DNA of 64,000 nt, taken from NCBI GenBank assembly GCA_013824615.1, contig PNOC01000003.1, forward strand, positions 21,103 to 85,102, in the 5' to 3' direction. The first letter of the stretch is position 1, and every line of letters begins with the position of its first letter. Source of the DNA: Thermodesulfovibrio sp. (GTDB taxonomy: Bacteria > Nitrospirota > Thermodesulfovibrionia > Thermodesulfovibrionales > UBA6898). A program made the position numbers and the translations under genes. Shown here one piece after another: positions 1 to 10,471 of the stretch. The notes under the pieces were generated by a model. The model saw nothing but the letters and a program-made list of their open reading frames with translations. It made no database searches and was not told where the DNA came from.

Positions 1-1
1 C

Positions 2-316
2 TATGAAATCCTTAAATCTCTTGGTTTGAGGACCCGTGGCCCCAATATCATCTCATGTCCAACCTGCGGCAGGTGCCAGATCGATATCAGGGGACTGGCG
101 GCCGAGGTAGAGGAGAGGCTGAAAGACCTCGAAAAGCCGATTACCGTTGCGGTTATGGGCTGTGTGGTGAACGGGCCGGGAGAGGCGCGTGAGGCCGATA
201 TCGGAATTGCCGGGGGAGCAGGGACCGGGCTGCTGTTCAGGAAAGGGAAGATCATAAAAAAGCTGGCTGAAAAGGACCTCCTTGACGCCCTGATGAAGGA
301 GATAGAAAAACCATGA
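2..316 (+). CDS. ispG: 4-hydroxy-3-methylbut-2-enyl diphosphate synthase (IspG/GcpE), C-terminal fragment; 5' end lies outside the window
   Basis: The frame is open from the window edge. The translation NIISCPTCGRCQID...VAVMGCVVNGPGEAREADIGIAGG matches the conserved C-terminal Fe-S Cys region of GcpE. Confidence 0.85.
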   Translation, partial: YEILKSLGLRTRGPNIISCPTCGRCQIDIRGLAAEVEERLKDLEKPITVAVMGCVVNGPGEAREADIGIAGGAGTGLLFRKGKIIKKLAEKDLLDALMKEIEKP

Positions 317-471
317 GGGAGTTCTCTGTGTACCAGGACGATGACGGATCATGGGTTGCGGAATGCCCTGAACTACCCGGACTCAGGGTTAAAGGCAGGA
401 CCGAGGCTGAAGCTGTTCAGAAGATAAAACAGGCGCTGCTTACCTATTACCCCTGCAGGTGCGAAGAGTAG
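313..471 (+). CDS. HicB-like / UPF0150 family small protein (52 aa); not in the supplied ORF track
   Basis: The ATG overlaps the ispG stop (ATGA). The translation MREFSVYQDDDGSWVAECPELPGLRVKGRTEAEAVQKIKQALLTYY follows the HicB/UPF0150 pattern (..G.y.A..PelpG....G.T.eEA....keAl). Confidence 0.55.
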   Translation: MREFSVYQDDDGSWVAECPELPGLRVKGRTEAEAVQKIKQALLTYYPCRCEE

Positions 472-487
472 TCTTCGTGCTCATGCC

Positions 488-1348
488 TTATGAAGGCCCC
501 GCCGGTGCGGCATGCAGAATTCTTTGGATGCCGGCCAGGTCTCTGATTACCGCAATAATTTCAAACCCGCTTCGGGATGCAATTTCAGCAACGGCCTTGG
601 CCTGACCGTATCCGAGCTCCATAAACAGTGACCCGGCCGGTTTGAGACAGGACCCTGCATGGTTGAATATTTCCCGGTAGAAGTCAATGCCGTCATTACC
701 CCCGTCGAGCGCACCGTGCGGCTCCCAGTCCCTGACCTCTGTTTGAAGTCCGGGGATTTCGCAGCTTAGGATATAGGGGGGATTTGCGGTGATGAGGTCA
801 AACGTCGTTCCCCTTTTTATTGGTGCGAATAGCGAGCCCTTCATAAATGTGACGTTGGTGATGTTGTTTGCCGAAGCGTTTTTTTTCGCGTAACGCAATG
901 CCTTTTGAGAAATATCTGTACCGATGACCTTAGCCGTGGGGAATTCCTTTGCCAGCGCAAGCGCTATGCACCCGCTGCCGGTGCAGAGGTCGAGAATACG
1001 GGCTGGCAAGCTGGCAGGCTGGCGGATAACTGCTTTTACCGCTTCCTCCACCAGAAGTTCGGTTTCCGGCCGCGGTATGAGTACCCCTTTGCCGACTGAT
1101 ATCTTAAGTCCGCAGAATTCGACCTGCCCGACAATATACTGCACTGGTTCACCCTTTGCCCTGCGTGTCGTCAATCTCCTGATTCTGGCAAGGATTTGCG
1201 GGCTGATTTCCGGGTTATCAAGAAAGGCGGTCAGGCGGTCGATATCTGCGGTATGCCAGGTGAGGATTTCGGCATCTGCAAGCGGATCATCAATGCCAGC
1301 CCTCTCAAGGGTTTCAGTTGCAGCGCGGAGGGCGTCGAGGATTCTCAT
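488..1348 (-). CDS. prmC: Peptide chain release factor N5-glutamine methyltransferase
   Basis: Has the SAM-binding LDLCTGSGCIA motif and the catalytic NPPY (ITANPPYI). It lies directly downstream of prfA. Confidence 0.9.
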   Translation of the reverse strand: MRILDALRAATETLERAGIDDPLADAEILTWHTADIDRLTAFLDNPEISPQILARIRRLTTRRAKGEPVQYIVGQVEFCGLKISVGKGVLIPRPETELLVEEAVKAVIRQPASLPARILDLCTGSGCIALALAKEFPTAKVIGTDISQKALRYAKKNASANNITNVTFMKGSLFAPIKRGTTFDLITANPPYILSCEIPGLQTEVRDWEPHGALDGGNDGIDFYREIFNHAGSCLKPAGSLFMELGYGQAKAVAEIASRSGFEIIAVIRDLAGIQRILHAAPAGPS

Positions 1349-1366
1349 GACGGCTTCGTGAAAAGT

Positions 1367-2431
1367 CTAGGTAACTTCCTTCAGGCGCTCGGCATTGAAA
1401 TAAGTACTCATGTTGTCGAAGACTTCGTCCAGGCTGCCTTCCATGATCTGTTCAAGCTTATAGAGGGTCAGACCTGTCCGGTGATCGCTGATCCTGTTCT
1501 GGGGATAGTTATAGGTCCTGATCCGCTCACTCCGGTCTCCTGAGCCGACCTGTGACTTGCGCTGCTCCGCCCGTTCTTTATCCTTTTCCTCGATTTCCAT
1601 CTCATAGAGGCGTGATCTGAGGACTTTCATCGCCTTCTCTCTGTTTTTTGTCTGTGACCGTTCGTCCTGACACTGGACAACAAGATTGGTAGGAATATGG
1701 ACGATTCTGACGGCGGAATAGGTCGTGTTGACACTTTGTCCTCCTGCCCCGGAGGAGCAGAAGGTATCGATTCTCAGGTCCTTCTGATCAATCTTGACAT
1801 CGACGTCTTCTGCCTCAGGCAGCACGGCAACGGTTGCAGCAGAGGTATGAATCCTTCCGGAGGCCTCGGTCGACGGGACACGCTGAACCCGGTGAACCCC
1901 GCTTTCATATTTGAGTCTGCTGTAGGCTCCTTTTCCGAGGATCGAGGCGACCACTTCCTTGATTCCTCCAATACCTGTTGCGCTCATGCTGATCAGGTCG
2001 ACTTTCCAGCGTCTGGACTCGGCATATTTCGAATACATCCTGAAAAGGTTGGCTGCAAAAAGCGCAGCTTCCTCTCCTCCCGTCCCTGCCCTGATTTCGA
2101 GTATGACGTTTTTGGAATCGCGCGGGTCGACCGGAAGAAGCATAAACCTGAGTTCTTCTTCCAATACCGGTTTCTTTTTTTTCAGATCATCGAGTTCTGC
2201 CTGGGCAAGTTCTTTCAGTTCGGGATCGCTGCTGTTGAGGATCTCTTCTGCTGCCGAGAGATCCCCGACCACCTTTTTATATTCCCTGATCTTTTCGACC
2301 AGCGGTTGCAGCTCGGCGTGTTCCCGTGAGTATTTCTGGAAGTCGGACTGGACTCCGAGTATCTTCGGGTCCATCAGGAAATCGGTCAGGTTTTCGTATT
2401 TTTCTTCAATCTGCTTGAGCTTGTCAAGCAT
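1367..2431 (-). CDS. prfA: Peptide chain release factor 1
   Basis: Contains the GGQ motif ([11 protein letters not shown]). Length and overall sequence are RF1-like. Confidence 0.95.
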   Translation of the reverse strand: MLDKLKQIEEKYENLTDFLMDPKILGVQSDFQKYSREHAELQPLVEKIREYKKVVGDLSAAEEILNSSDPELKELAQAELDDLKKKKPVLEEELRFMLLPVDPRDSKNVILEIRAGTGGEEAALFAANLFRMYSKYAESRRWKVDLISMSATGIGGIKEVVASILGKGAYSRLKYESGVHRVQRVPSTEASGRIHTSAATVAVLPEAEDVDVKIDQKDLRIDTFCSSGAGGQSVNTTYSAVRIVHIPTNLVVQCQDERSQTKNREKAMKVLRSRLYEMEIEEKDKERAEQRKSQVGSGDRSERIRTYNYPQNRISDHRTGLTLYKLEQIMEGSLDEVFDNMSTYFNAERLKEVT

Positions 2432-3302
2432 GCTCTTCCTCGAGCTTCAGTACCTCAGTCAGGGCCGTCAGGGCAACCTCGATCTGGGCGTCGTCGGGTT
2501 CGCGGGTCGTCAAACGCTGCAGAAGAAGGCCCGGCATAATCATCAGCTGCATCAAAGGATTGTGCTGCCATTTCGCCGAAAGCTTCAGAAACTCGAACGA
2601 TGATCCTGCTATCAGGGGGATCAGGATAATCCGGGAGAGGAATTTGAATGTAAAGGGCCACTGCTGAGGTATAAAGGAAAAGACCAGGATGCTGACGACC
2701 ATGACGATCATCAGGAAACTCGTGCCGCAGCGGGGATGCCGCGTACTGTAATCCCTGACTCCGGCAACGGTCAGTTCTTTTCCTTCTTCATAGGCATGAA
2801 TCACCTTATGCTCAGCCCCGTGATACATGAATATCCGTGCCATCTCTTTCCACAGACCGATGATGACAACGTACAAAATAAAGACCATGACCCTGATAAG
2901 ACCATCGACGAGATTAAACAGCAGGGAACTGGTCTCAATACCTTTAAAAAGGAGCCCCATGAGCTTTGTGGCATAAAGCGGCAGAAGAATAAAGAGCCCT
3001 ATGCTCAAGAGGACCGAAATCAGTATTGTGACGAATATTGATGCCTTGCTGAGGGGTTCCTCTTCCCCCTCCTCGTAGGCCTTGCTGGCCGAAAATTCGA
3101 TTGCCTGCATTCCTATGGAGAGAGCCTGAAAAAGGGCAATGACGCCTCTCACCAGTGGTACCTTCAGAAAACGGGGGAGTGGTTTTAGCTGTTCTTTCTT
3201 GAGGTGAATGCTGCCGGACTGATCACGCACGGCAACGGTCCAGCTGTCTGCAGCCTTCATCATGACACCTTCTATGACCGCCTGTCCACCGATGTTTTTC
3301 AC
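2424..3302 (-). CDS. DUF1385 domain membrane protein (YqhQ-like)
   Basis: The N-terminal [12 protein letters not shown] signature and multi-TM C-terminal half fit the family. It sits in the conserved rpmE-DUF1385-prfA-prmC context. GTG start. Confidence 0.8.
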   Translation of the reverse strand: MKNIGGQAVIEGVMMKAADSWTVAVRDQSGSIHLKKEQLKPLPRFLKVPLVRGVIALFQALSIGMQAIEFSASKAYEEGEEEPLSKASIFVTILISVLLSIGLFILLPLYATKLMGLLFKGIETSSLLFNLVDGLIRVMVFILYVVIIGLWKEMARIFMYHGAEHKVIHAYEEGKELTVAGVRDYSTRHPRCGTSFLMIVMVVSILVFSFIPQQWPFTFKFLSRIILIPLIAGSSFEFLKLSAKWQHNPLMQLMIMPGLLLQRLTTREPDDAQIEVALTALTEVLKLEEEHA

Positions 3303-3333
3303 GCGTGACCTTCTTCCATCAGGATTTGTAAAG

Positions 3334-3364
3334 AAAAAAACAGGAAACCTTTCCAGGTTTCCTG
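3334..3364 (-). terminator. Rho-independent terminator downstream of rpmE
   Basis: A 9-bp stem (CAGGAAACC / GGTTTCCTG, 3341-3349 and 3356-3364) with a 6-nt loop, followed on the minus strand by a T7 run (A-run 3334-3340 on plus). Confidence 0.6.
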
Positions 3365-3386
3365 TTTTGTCAATGAATAACGCCCG

Positions 3387-3587
3387 CTACTTGATTGCGT
3401 ATTTCTTTTTGAATTTCTCGACACGTCCTTCAGTATCCATAAGCTTCTGCTTGCCGGTGTAGAACGGGTGACATCTGGCGCAGATATCAAGATGGATATC
3501 TTTCCGCGTGGATCTTGTGGTGAAGGTTTCGCCGCATGCGCAGCCAACCTTTACTTCCTTGTAGTCTGGATGAATTCCTTCTTTCAC
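3387..3587 (-). CDS. rpmE: 50S ribosomal protein L31
   Basis: MKEGIHPDY...CxC...[13 protein letters not shown] is the canonical zinc-binding L31 sequence. Confidence 0.95.
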   Translation of the reverse strand: MKEGIHPDYKEVKVGCACGETFTTRSTRKDIHLDICARCHPFYTGKQKLMDTEGRVEKFKKKYAIK

Positions 3588-3660
3588 GTCTGTCCTCCTG
3601 AACGATAATAGATATTTTAATAAATCCGGGCCAAATTTATCAATCTAATTACTGCAGCAG

Positions 3661-5682
3661 CTACTTTGTCGCGATGGGTGAGCCAACACCTGCAAGTTCA
3701 ACCATGAGCCGCACAGAGAAATCACCCGGCCGTTTTATCGTCTCCAGTTTCAGACTCCAGCACTGCTTGGTGTATTTGAGCGCGACCATGACGTCCCGCA
3801 ACCCTGCCCCTTTGGCGTCATACCAGACACTGCTGTTTATCTGAATATTCTTCAGGGGGCTGAATTCGGTTCCGACTGTATAGACATTAATCTCTTCTTT
3901 TCTGTTATACCGCTGGCCGACAGTCAGATTTACCTGGTTTATCTTCAGGCTGAGATCAGAGTGTGTCGTTTCAATCCTCCGGGCATAGTGGTCATAGGTC
4001 GTGTCCAGGAGCAGGACAATCGGAGTTTTAATGCCGGCCTCAACGTGCAACGGCAGGAAAGGCCTGCTGCCGTTGTAGGTATCAAGGCCCTGCGTTAATC
4101 TCACCGAAATTGCTTCATTCCCTTTTATGATACCCCTGTTCAGGATGCTGAGTTCCAGGTTCGAGGTCTTGCCAAAGAGTTCTGTTGTGTCATAGACTGG
4201 GATGCCCCCTGAACTCTTCGGGGAATAAATAACGTGGTAGCGCAGCGATGGCTCCATAACATGTGTAAAAAAGGGGAAGTTCCTGAATAAACGGATTTGG
4301 GCCGCTGCATCATATTCCAGTGCTCCCCTCAAGAGGTCCTTCTGCCTGCTGTGGTCTTCGTCATTATAAAAGGCGTACCCGGTCCCCCTGAGCCCGATTT
4401 TTTGTGACACGGTTATGTCTTTCCCAAAACCGTGAATAAGACGGGGATAAACGTCAAGCCTTGCCGCTGAGACAGCGTCCTTGATCTGCAGATTTGAGGC
4501 AGTGGCTGTGGCAGAGAACAGGGCCTCCCCTGTCCTGGTATAATTGATGACGTACCCGGCTTCGGGAAGCTTCTGAGGTGCAGAGGAAGCCCCCAGGGCA
4601 GTTTTAGGCTGGAGATCGACCAGATACTGAGACAGCAGGTAAAGCCTCGCATTGTTCAGAGAGGCGCTGATTTCGCCGGTAGAGTCGAGAAATCTCTGTA
4701 TTCTGGCCTCCCGGTATGTTTGGGCTTCCTGGAAAAAATCGTTCTGGTTGACATAGTTCAGATTGAGAAATCCGGTGACTTTCCCCCGGTCCCTGTCTTC
4801 ATGGAGGGCCCGGACTTCAAAAAAGTGCCTGTCGAGTTGGGTGTCCCGGATGTGATATGCCCACCAGGAGCTTTTGACCCCTCCAGGCTCAACAAAGCGG
4901 TACTCAATTCCTGTTCCAATGCCCCGTTTACTGAAGGTGTCCAGAATGAACGTGGCGTCCCTGTTTTCAGCTATTGCCCAAAAGAAGGGTATCGTGAGGC
5001 TTGCTCCGCGGGCCTTGCCATAGCCGGGAGTCGGCATCAGAAATCCGGTATGGCGCGCCGTGTTCAACGATGCCCAGAGGTACGGGGAGTAGATCACCGG
5101 AAGGTCTCTTATCCTGAAGGTAACGTCTCTGGCCCTGATAGTATCTTCCCTGACAGCGTTGATTTCTTTTCCCCTGAAACACCAGTCAGGGACCGGTGTG
5201 TCGCAGGTCGTAAAGGTGGCCTCCGGACTGTAATAATAGTCCTCTCCCTTCTTCTCGATGACCCTGCCTGAAAGGTTGTATTTGTTCTTCTTATGGAGAA
5301 AGACGGCATCGTACAGCTTTCCTGTCTTTGCCTCAAGATTAATCTCTGCCCGATTCGCAGTGATCGAAGTTGCCTGGTCTTCATACCGGACATTTCCGAC
5401 GGCGGTCATTTCTGATGTTCCCTCTGCATACAATAACTCATCGGCCTTGATGACCGCATCATTTCGGGTTGCGGTTACGGCCCCGGTCATGCGGTACTGC
5501 CGGATGGCGGTATTGTATTCGAGCCCGTCAGAAGTGATGACGGTCGCCTGCTCTTCTGCGAAACAACGCTTCGCGAACAGTGAACAGTGAACCGTGCAGA
5601 GAACGAAGAGGACAGCAAAAGACCAGCCGGCCGGTTGCCATTTTATGTGTCGCATTTGAAATATAGGGTTCACTTTTTTCAC
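3661..5682 (-). CDS. lptD: LPS-assembly outer-membrane protein LptD (OstA family)
   Basis: Has a signal peptide, an OstA-like N-terminal domain, and the LptD core (TFTTCD..PDW..., RHTGFLMPTPGY, FFWAIAENRDATF). Confidence 0.8.
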   Translation of the reverse strand: MKKVNPIFQMRHIKWQPAGWSFAVLFVLCTVHCSLFAKRCFAEEQATVITSDGLEYNTAIRQYRMTGAVTATRNDAVIKADELLYAEGTSEMTAVGNVRYEDQATSITANRAEINLEAKTGKLYDAVFLHKKNKYNLSGRVIEKKGEDYYYSPEATFTTCDTPVPDWCFRGKEINAVREDTIRARDVTFRIRDLPVIYSPYLWASLNTARHTGFLMPTPGYGKARGASLTIPFFWAIAENRDATFILDTFSKRGIGTGIEYRFVEPGGVKSSWWAYHIRDTQLDRHFFEVRALHEDRDRGKVTGFLNLNYVNQNDFFQEAQTYREARIQRFLDSTGEISASLNNARLYLLSQYLVDLQPKTALGASSAPQKLPEAGYVINYTRTGEALFSATATASNLQIKDAVSAARLDVYPRLIHGFGKDITVSQKIGLRGTGYAFYNDEDHSRQKDLLRGALEYDAAAQIRLFRNFPFFTHVMEPSLRYHVIYSPKSSGGIPVYDTTELFGKTSNLELSILNRGIIKGNEAISVRLTQGLDTYNGSRPFLPLHVEAGIKTPIVLLLDTTYDHYARRIETTHSDLSLKINQVNLTVGQRYNRKEEINVYTVGTEFSPLKNIQINSSVWYDAKGAGLRDVMVALKYTKQCWSLKLETIKRPGDFSVRLMVELAGVGSPIATK

Positions 5683-6986
5683 TCTCTTAGCCTTGTCAGA
5701 ATACCCGGCTGGCCGAGGGCTTCCTTTGCCTCGCCTATGGTATAAAAGGACCCGGTGATGACAATCAGATCTCCGTTGCTCCAGAGGTGCCTGGCAAGCT
5801 CTATGGCCCCGGCAACCGTCGGAGCGGTTCTCACCGTATGGCCGAGCGAGACCGCCAGTGCTGCCAGTGCCTCAGGGGGCGCCGCCCGTCCATAGGCCGG
5901 TGCAGTCATAACTATTTCCGCTGCCACAGCCATCAGCGGTTCGAGGATGCCTCTGACATCCTTGTCGCCCATTACCCCGAACACCGCAATAATCCTCTTG
6001 AACTTTGACTTGAGTAACTGCCGCAGATGCAGCGCGAGTACCCCGGCAGCGTGAGGATTATGAGCGCCATCGATAAGGACCGGAGGATGCGTGGAGACCA
6101 TTTCGAGTCTGCCGGGCCAGCGGACCCCGCGGATCCCTTTGGGTATATCGAGTCTTAGTCCCGTATGGCTTTCCTGAATGACCTCGGCGGTTTTTGCTGC
6201 AAGAGATGCATTGACCACCTGATGAAGACCTGCCAGCGGTATCTTCAGGGCATCATGGGTGGAGGTCCCCCGGTAGTTGAAAACCGGAGCCTCAGGATCA
6301 GCGATGACCGTCTCTGAAAAAAAGTCCTTTTCAAGGACGAAGAGCTGAGAGCCTTCTGCTGCAGCGCGGTTCCTCAATACACGCAGAACTTCCTCAGGCT
6401 GGTCTGCCGAGACGACCGGACGCCCCTTTTTTATGATGCCGGCCTTTTCCCCTGCTATTTCGGCCAGCGTGTTACCCAAAAATTCACGGTGGTCATAGTC
6501 GATCATCGTGATGACCGAGACCTCAGGGTCGAGGACATTTGTGGCGTCGAGCCTGCCTCCCAGGCCGGTCTCGACCACTGCCCAGTCGACCTGCCTTTTT
6601 CTGAAAAGGAGAAAAGCCATGGTGGTCACTACCTCGAAGAAGGTAGGACAGAAATCCTCCATGCCCTCGGCAACTTCCCTGACCTCGGCAGCAAGGCTGA
6701 CAATCTCTTTCTCAGTGACCTCGGTGCCGTTAATCCGTATCCTCTCGGTGAAGCTGACCAGATGCGGGGAGGTAAAAAGTCCGGTTTTCACCCCGGCGGT
6801 GCGCAGGATCGATTCGAGCATGGCTGCGGTTGATCCCTTGCCGTTGGTGCCGGCGATATGGACTGAATAAAAGGCCCTCTGGGGCTGGTCGAACGCGGTC
6901 ATCAGTCTCCTGATATTGTCGAGGCCGAACTTCATCCCGTACTTCTGGAGGCCGTAGAGATAGCCGGTCGCGTCCTGATAGCTCAT
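5679..6986 (-). CDS. folC: Bifunctional folylpolyglutamate synthase / dihydrofolate synthase
   Basis: Mur-ligase P-loop HIAGTNGKGST and FolC-type length. There is a 4-nt overlap with accD upstream and with lptD downstream. Confidence 0.9.
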   Translation of the reverse strand: MSYQDATGYLYGLQKYGMKFGLDNIRRLMTAFDQPQRAFYSVHIAGTNGKGSTAAMLESILRTAGVKTGLFTSPHLVSFTERIRINGTEVTEKEIVSLAAEVREVAEGMEDFCPTFFEVVTTMAFLLFRKRQVDWAVVETGLGGRLDATNVLDPEVSVITMIDYDHREFLGNTLAEIAGEKAGIIKKGRPVVSADQPEEVLRVLRNRAAAEGSQLFVLEKDFFSETVIADPEAPVFNYRGTSTHDALKIPLAGLHQVVNASLAAKTAEVIQESHTGLRLDIPKGIRGVRWPGRLEMVSTHPPVLIDGAHNPHAAGVLALHLRQLLKSKFKRIIAVFGVMGDKDVRGILEPLMAVAAEIVMTAPAYGRAAPPEALAALAVSLGHTVRTAPTVAGAIELARHLWSNGDLIVITGSFYTIGEAKEALGQPGILTRLRE

Positions 6987-7816
6987 GTAAGGAGTTCTAT
7001 AATCCTGGCGAGTGTCTGTTTGATGTCTTTCCGGTCTACGATCTTATCGATAAAACCGTGTTCCAGGAGAAATTCCGCCCGCTGAAAATCTTCGGGAAGC
7101 TGCTGTTTTATTGTCTGCTCTATGACATTTTTGCCGGCAAATCCTATCAGACTTCTCGGCTCGGCCAGGATAAGATCCCCCAGCATGGCAAAGCTGGCGG
7201 TCACTCCGCCGAAGGTCGGGTCAGCAAGTATCGATATATAAAGATTGCCGCTGTCCCGCAGCCTGCCGACTGCAGCTGAAACCCTGGCCATCTGCATCAG
7301 AGAAAAAATTCCTTCCTGCATGCGGGCCCCACCTGAGGAGGCAAAGGTGATGAGAGGCCGTTTGGTTTCAATAGCCGCTTCTGCAGCCCTCACAATTTTT
7401 TCACCGACCACGGAGCCCATGCTTCCACCGATAAAGGCGAAGTCCATGACCACAATGATGACCGGAATGCCGTTGACCGCCGCTTCCCCTGACAGGGCCG
7501 CGTCCTCCAGTCCGGTCTTTTTCTTGTTGTCCTGCAATTTGTCCTTATACGGGACCTTGTCCCTGAAGTTCAGGGGATCATCCGAAGCAAGATCCGCATG
7601 CATCTCGATAAAGCTTCCCTCATCCACAATAAAGCCGAGTCGCTCCCGTGCACTGATCCTGAAATGGTAGTTGCACTTGGGGCAGATTTTCAGATTCTTA
7701 TCGATTTCCTTGCGATAAATGATCTCCTTGCAGCTGTCGCATTTTACCCACAAGCCTTCTGGTATCTTTACCTTCTTGTCAGCTTTCGGTTCTTTGCCTT
7801 TTTTAAACCATGCCAT
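6983..7816 (-). CDS. accD: Acetyl-CoA carboxylase carboxyltransferase beta subunit
   Basis: N-terminal zinc ribbon CDSC...CPKCNYH followed by the carboxyltransferase core (GGSMG, GGARMQEG). Confidence 0.95.
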   Translation of the reverse strand: MAWFKKGKEPKADKKVKIPEGLWVKCDSCKEIIYRKEIDKNLKICPKCNYHFRISARERLGFIVDEGSFIEMHADLASDDPLNFRDKVPYKDKLQDNKKKTGLEDAALSGEAAVNGIPVIIVVMDFAFIGGSMGSVVGEKIVRAAEAAIETKRPLITFASSGGARMQEGIFSLMQMARVSAAVGRLRDSGNLYISILADPTFGGVTASFAMLGDLILAEPRSLIGFAGKNVIEQTIKQQLPEDFQRAEFLLEHGFIDKIVDRKDIKQTLARIIELLT

Positions 7817-7842
7817 ACGTTTTTGTTATTTTGGGCGGCCGG

Positions 7843-8604
7843 CTAAATCCTGTAGGATTTTCCGTCCTGCAGCAATTCGATCTGCTGCATGCCGAGCCGG
7901 GCTATTTCCTTTCTGATCTGTTTTATGTACTGCGGCTTCGGGTGCGTAATGAATACCCTGCCGGAAAAGCCTTTTAACTTCGTTAGTTCAGCTACAAGCA
8001 TGGCCGGTGTCATATGGCCCGTCTTTCTTGCGAGTTCCTCCATTGCATCAGGGAAAGAAACCTCGATGATAATGGCATCGAGCCTGCCCCGGGCTTTCCA
8101 TATCTCCTCTGTCGGGCCGGTGTCCCCGGTATACAGCAGAGTCTTTCCTTTGCTGTCCCTGACAATATACCCGACAGCAGGCACCGTATGGTTTACGCGA
8201 TACCCCCTGATAGCATAATCACCGACCCTGAACATCTTTGAAGGGGTGATCGGTCTGAGCTTCAAAACCGGATCGATCGATGCCGATATCTTGGTAAAAT
8301 CCGGCCAGATCTTGTCGTTCAGTAGATTTTTTTTCAGCGAGTCGAGTGTTTCCCTGACCCCATAGAGCGTTACACTGTGGCTCGCCCTGGTGATGATAAT
8401 GTTGTCTGCGAGAAACGGGATGCCTTTGATATGGTCAAGGTGCGAATGGGTGATCAGGATATGTTTTATCGCTGACTGCTCCCTTGCTGAAAGTTTGGCC
8501 CCGATAGTACCGGCATCCAACAGGAGCGTGCCGTCTATCAGGAAGGCCGGAGGATTGAACCCGGGGAATTCAGCGCCCGAACTGCCGAGGACTTTTACTA
8601 TCAC
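7843..8604 (-). CDS. MBL-fold hydrolase, class-II 3',5'-cyclic-nucleotide phosphodiesterase-like
   Basis: THSHLDHIKG matches the start of the class-II PDE signature H-x-H-L-D-H-[LIVM]-x-[GS]. The fold and length are MBL-like. Confidence 0.65.
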   Translation of the reverse strand: MIVKVLGSSGAEFPGFNPPAFLIDGTLLLDAGTIGAKLSAREQSAIKHILITHSHLDHIKGIPFLADNIIITRASHSVTLYGVRETLDSLKKNLLNDKIWPDFTKISASIDPVLKLRPITPSKMFRVGDYAIRGYRVNHTVPAVGYIVRDSKGKTLLYTGDTGPTEEIWKARGRLDAIIIEVSFPDAMEELARKTGHMTPAMLVAELTKLKGFSGRVFITHPKPQYIKQIRKEIARLGMQQIELLQDGKSYRI

Positions 8605-9695
8605 GTGGTCTCCTCCGGCGAAGCGATATACCGCACAAAATGGCCGACGATGTCTTTATCAAACTGTGTCCCTGAAAACTTCAGCAGTTCGGTGACTGCT
8701 GCCTGTCTGCTGAGTGCCTTCCGGTAAGGCCTGTCTGTTGTCATGGCGTCAAAGGTGTCTGCTACGGCAATAATTCTGGCCACAAGAGGAATGGCCTCCC
8801 CGCTCAGTTTGTCCGGGTATCCGGTGCCGTCAAATTTTTCATGATGGTTTCTGACACCCGGAATGATATGCCTCAGTTTTCTGACATGCTCCAGGATTTC
8901 AGCACCGAACTCGGTATGCTGATTCATGAGCACTGCCTCGTCCCTGTCCAGCCGGTCGTTCTTGAGGAGGATGCTGTCTCTGACCCCTATCTTGCCGATA
9001 TCATGGAGAATGGCCGCGAGCCTAAGCTCTTCCATGTCTGCGGGAGACAGCTCCATCATACGGCCAATCTCCAGGCTGTAGTCCATGACCCGCTGAGTAT
9101 GTCCGCCGGTATACGGGTCCCGTTTTTCGATCGTCTCTGCAAGCGCCTGCGCTGTGTCGTAAAAAGTCTCCTTCAGCTCATGGTAAAGGTTTGCATTTTC
9201 GATGGCCGAGGCGACCTGGTTTGCAAGGGCAGACAGAATTTCTTTATCTTCATCATCAAAAACGCCCTCATTCTTATTGATCGCCTGCAGCACACCCAGC
9301 GGTCTTTCTTTTGTCTGGACCGGGACGCAGACCATATTTCTTGTTTCGAAACAGCTCTTTTTGTCAGCGTCCTGGTAGAATCTCGGGTCCGAGCGGGTGT
9401 CATTGATGACGACCGGCTGGCCGCTGTCAGCAACCCATCCGGCGATTCCCTGCCCTTTTGCAAGTCTGATCTGCTTCAGGATAGTGCCCTTGTCTCCCAG
9501 GGCCACTTCGAAAAAAAGGTCGCCGGTAGACTCGTCAATCAGCAGCAGACTTCCGGTTTCTGCATTGACCAGAGTTGTGGCAGCCTCGATTGCCCTTCTG
9601 CGTATCTCGCGTGTATCGAGGGTCGAGTTGACGAGAGATGAGAGGTCCATCAGGGTGGTGAGCTGCTGCACCTTCCGCTGAAGTTCATTGCTCAT
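8601..9695 (-). CDS. GAF domain-containing HD-GYP phosphodiesterase
   Basis: N-terminal GAF-like region. The C-terminal region carries HDIGK and HHEKFDGTGYP motifs. Confidence 0.85.
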   Translation of the reverse strand: MSNELQRKVQQLTTLMDLSSLVNSTLDTREIRRRAIEAATTLVNAETGSLLLIDESTGDLFFEVALGDKGTILKQIRLAKGQGIAGWVADSGQPVVINDTRSDPRFYQDADKKSCFETRNMVCVPVQTKERPLGVLQAINKNEGVFDDEDKEILSALANQVASAIENANLYHELKETFYDTAQALAETIEKRDPYTGGHTQRVMDYSLEIGRMMELSPADMEELRLAAILHDIGKIGVRDSILLKNDRLDRDEAVLMNQHTEFGAEILEHVRKLRHIIPGVRNHHEKFDGTGYPDKLSGEAIPLVARIIAVADTFDAMTTDRPYRKALSRQAAVTELLKFSGTQFDKDIVGHFVRYIASPEETT

Positions 9696-10471
9696 TTGAC
9701 AGCATTTCTGAGCGACAGCAGATATCTGCTGATATCGGCATCAGAACTTTCGGCCTGCCTGACGATGGCACTTCCGACGATGACGCCATCGGCGAACTGC
9801 GCAACGGTGGCTGCCTCAGCAGGATTCGATATGCCGAACCCGACTGCAACCGGGGTGCTGCATTTCTCCTTTATGTCTGCAATATGGGAACCGATTGATG
9901 CGTCCATCGAGAGGTTTGCGCCGGTGATGCCGGTAATCGAGACGTAATAGATAAAGCCCCTCGCCGCCTGCACGACTTTTTTGATTCTGTCTTCAGTCGA
10001 TGTCGGAGCAAGGAGAAATATCGTATCTATCCCGGCCTTGCGGCAGTAGCTGATCAGTGCCCCGGCTTCATCCGGGGGCAGGTCAGGGACGATGATCCCG
10101 TCGACGCCGGCTGCCGAGGCATCCCGGGCGAATCGTTCTTCGCCATACTTGAAGACGGGGTTGTAATAGGTCATAAGGATAACAGGGACCTGTGTCGTTT
10201 TTCTGAGTTCAGCTACAAAGGCAATGACGCTGCGCAGGGTAATCCCCTGCTGAAGCGCGGTCTGCGCAGCCTTCTGGATCGTCGGTCCGTCGGCAAGCGG
10301 GTCTGAAAAAGGGACGCCGAGCTCAATGATGTCAGCACCGGAATCTTCGAGGAGCCTGATCAACTCTCCGGTCCTTTGGAGGGTGGGATGCCCGGTCATG
10401 ATATAGGGGATGAAGGCCTTCCCGCCCTTTTTCCTGAGCTCAATGAATTTCCTGGTGATACGCGACATCAC
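9692..10471 (-). CDS. trpA: Tryptophan synthase alpha chain
   Basis: Typical TrpA sequence ([17 protein letters not shown]). It overlaps trpB by 4 nt. Confidence 0.95.
   Translation of the reverse strand: MMSRITRKFIELRKKGGKAFIPYIMTGHPTLQRTGELIRLLEDSGADIIELGVPFSDPLADGPTIQKAAQTALQQGITLRSVIAFVAELRKTTQVPVILMTYYNPVFKYGEERFARDASAAGVDGIIVPDLPPDEAGALISYCRKAGIDTIFLLAPTSTEDRIKKVVQAARGFIYYVSITGITGANLSMDASIGSHIADIKEKCSTPVAVGFGISNPAEAATVAQFADGVIVGSAIVRQAESSDADISRYLLSLRNAVK

Noticed and set aside
1-352. Minus-strand ORFs 1-255 and 53-352
   Set aside because: They are antisense to the clearly recognisable ispG 3' end.
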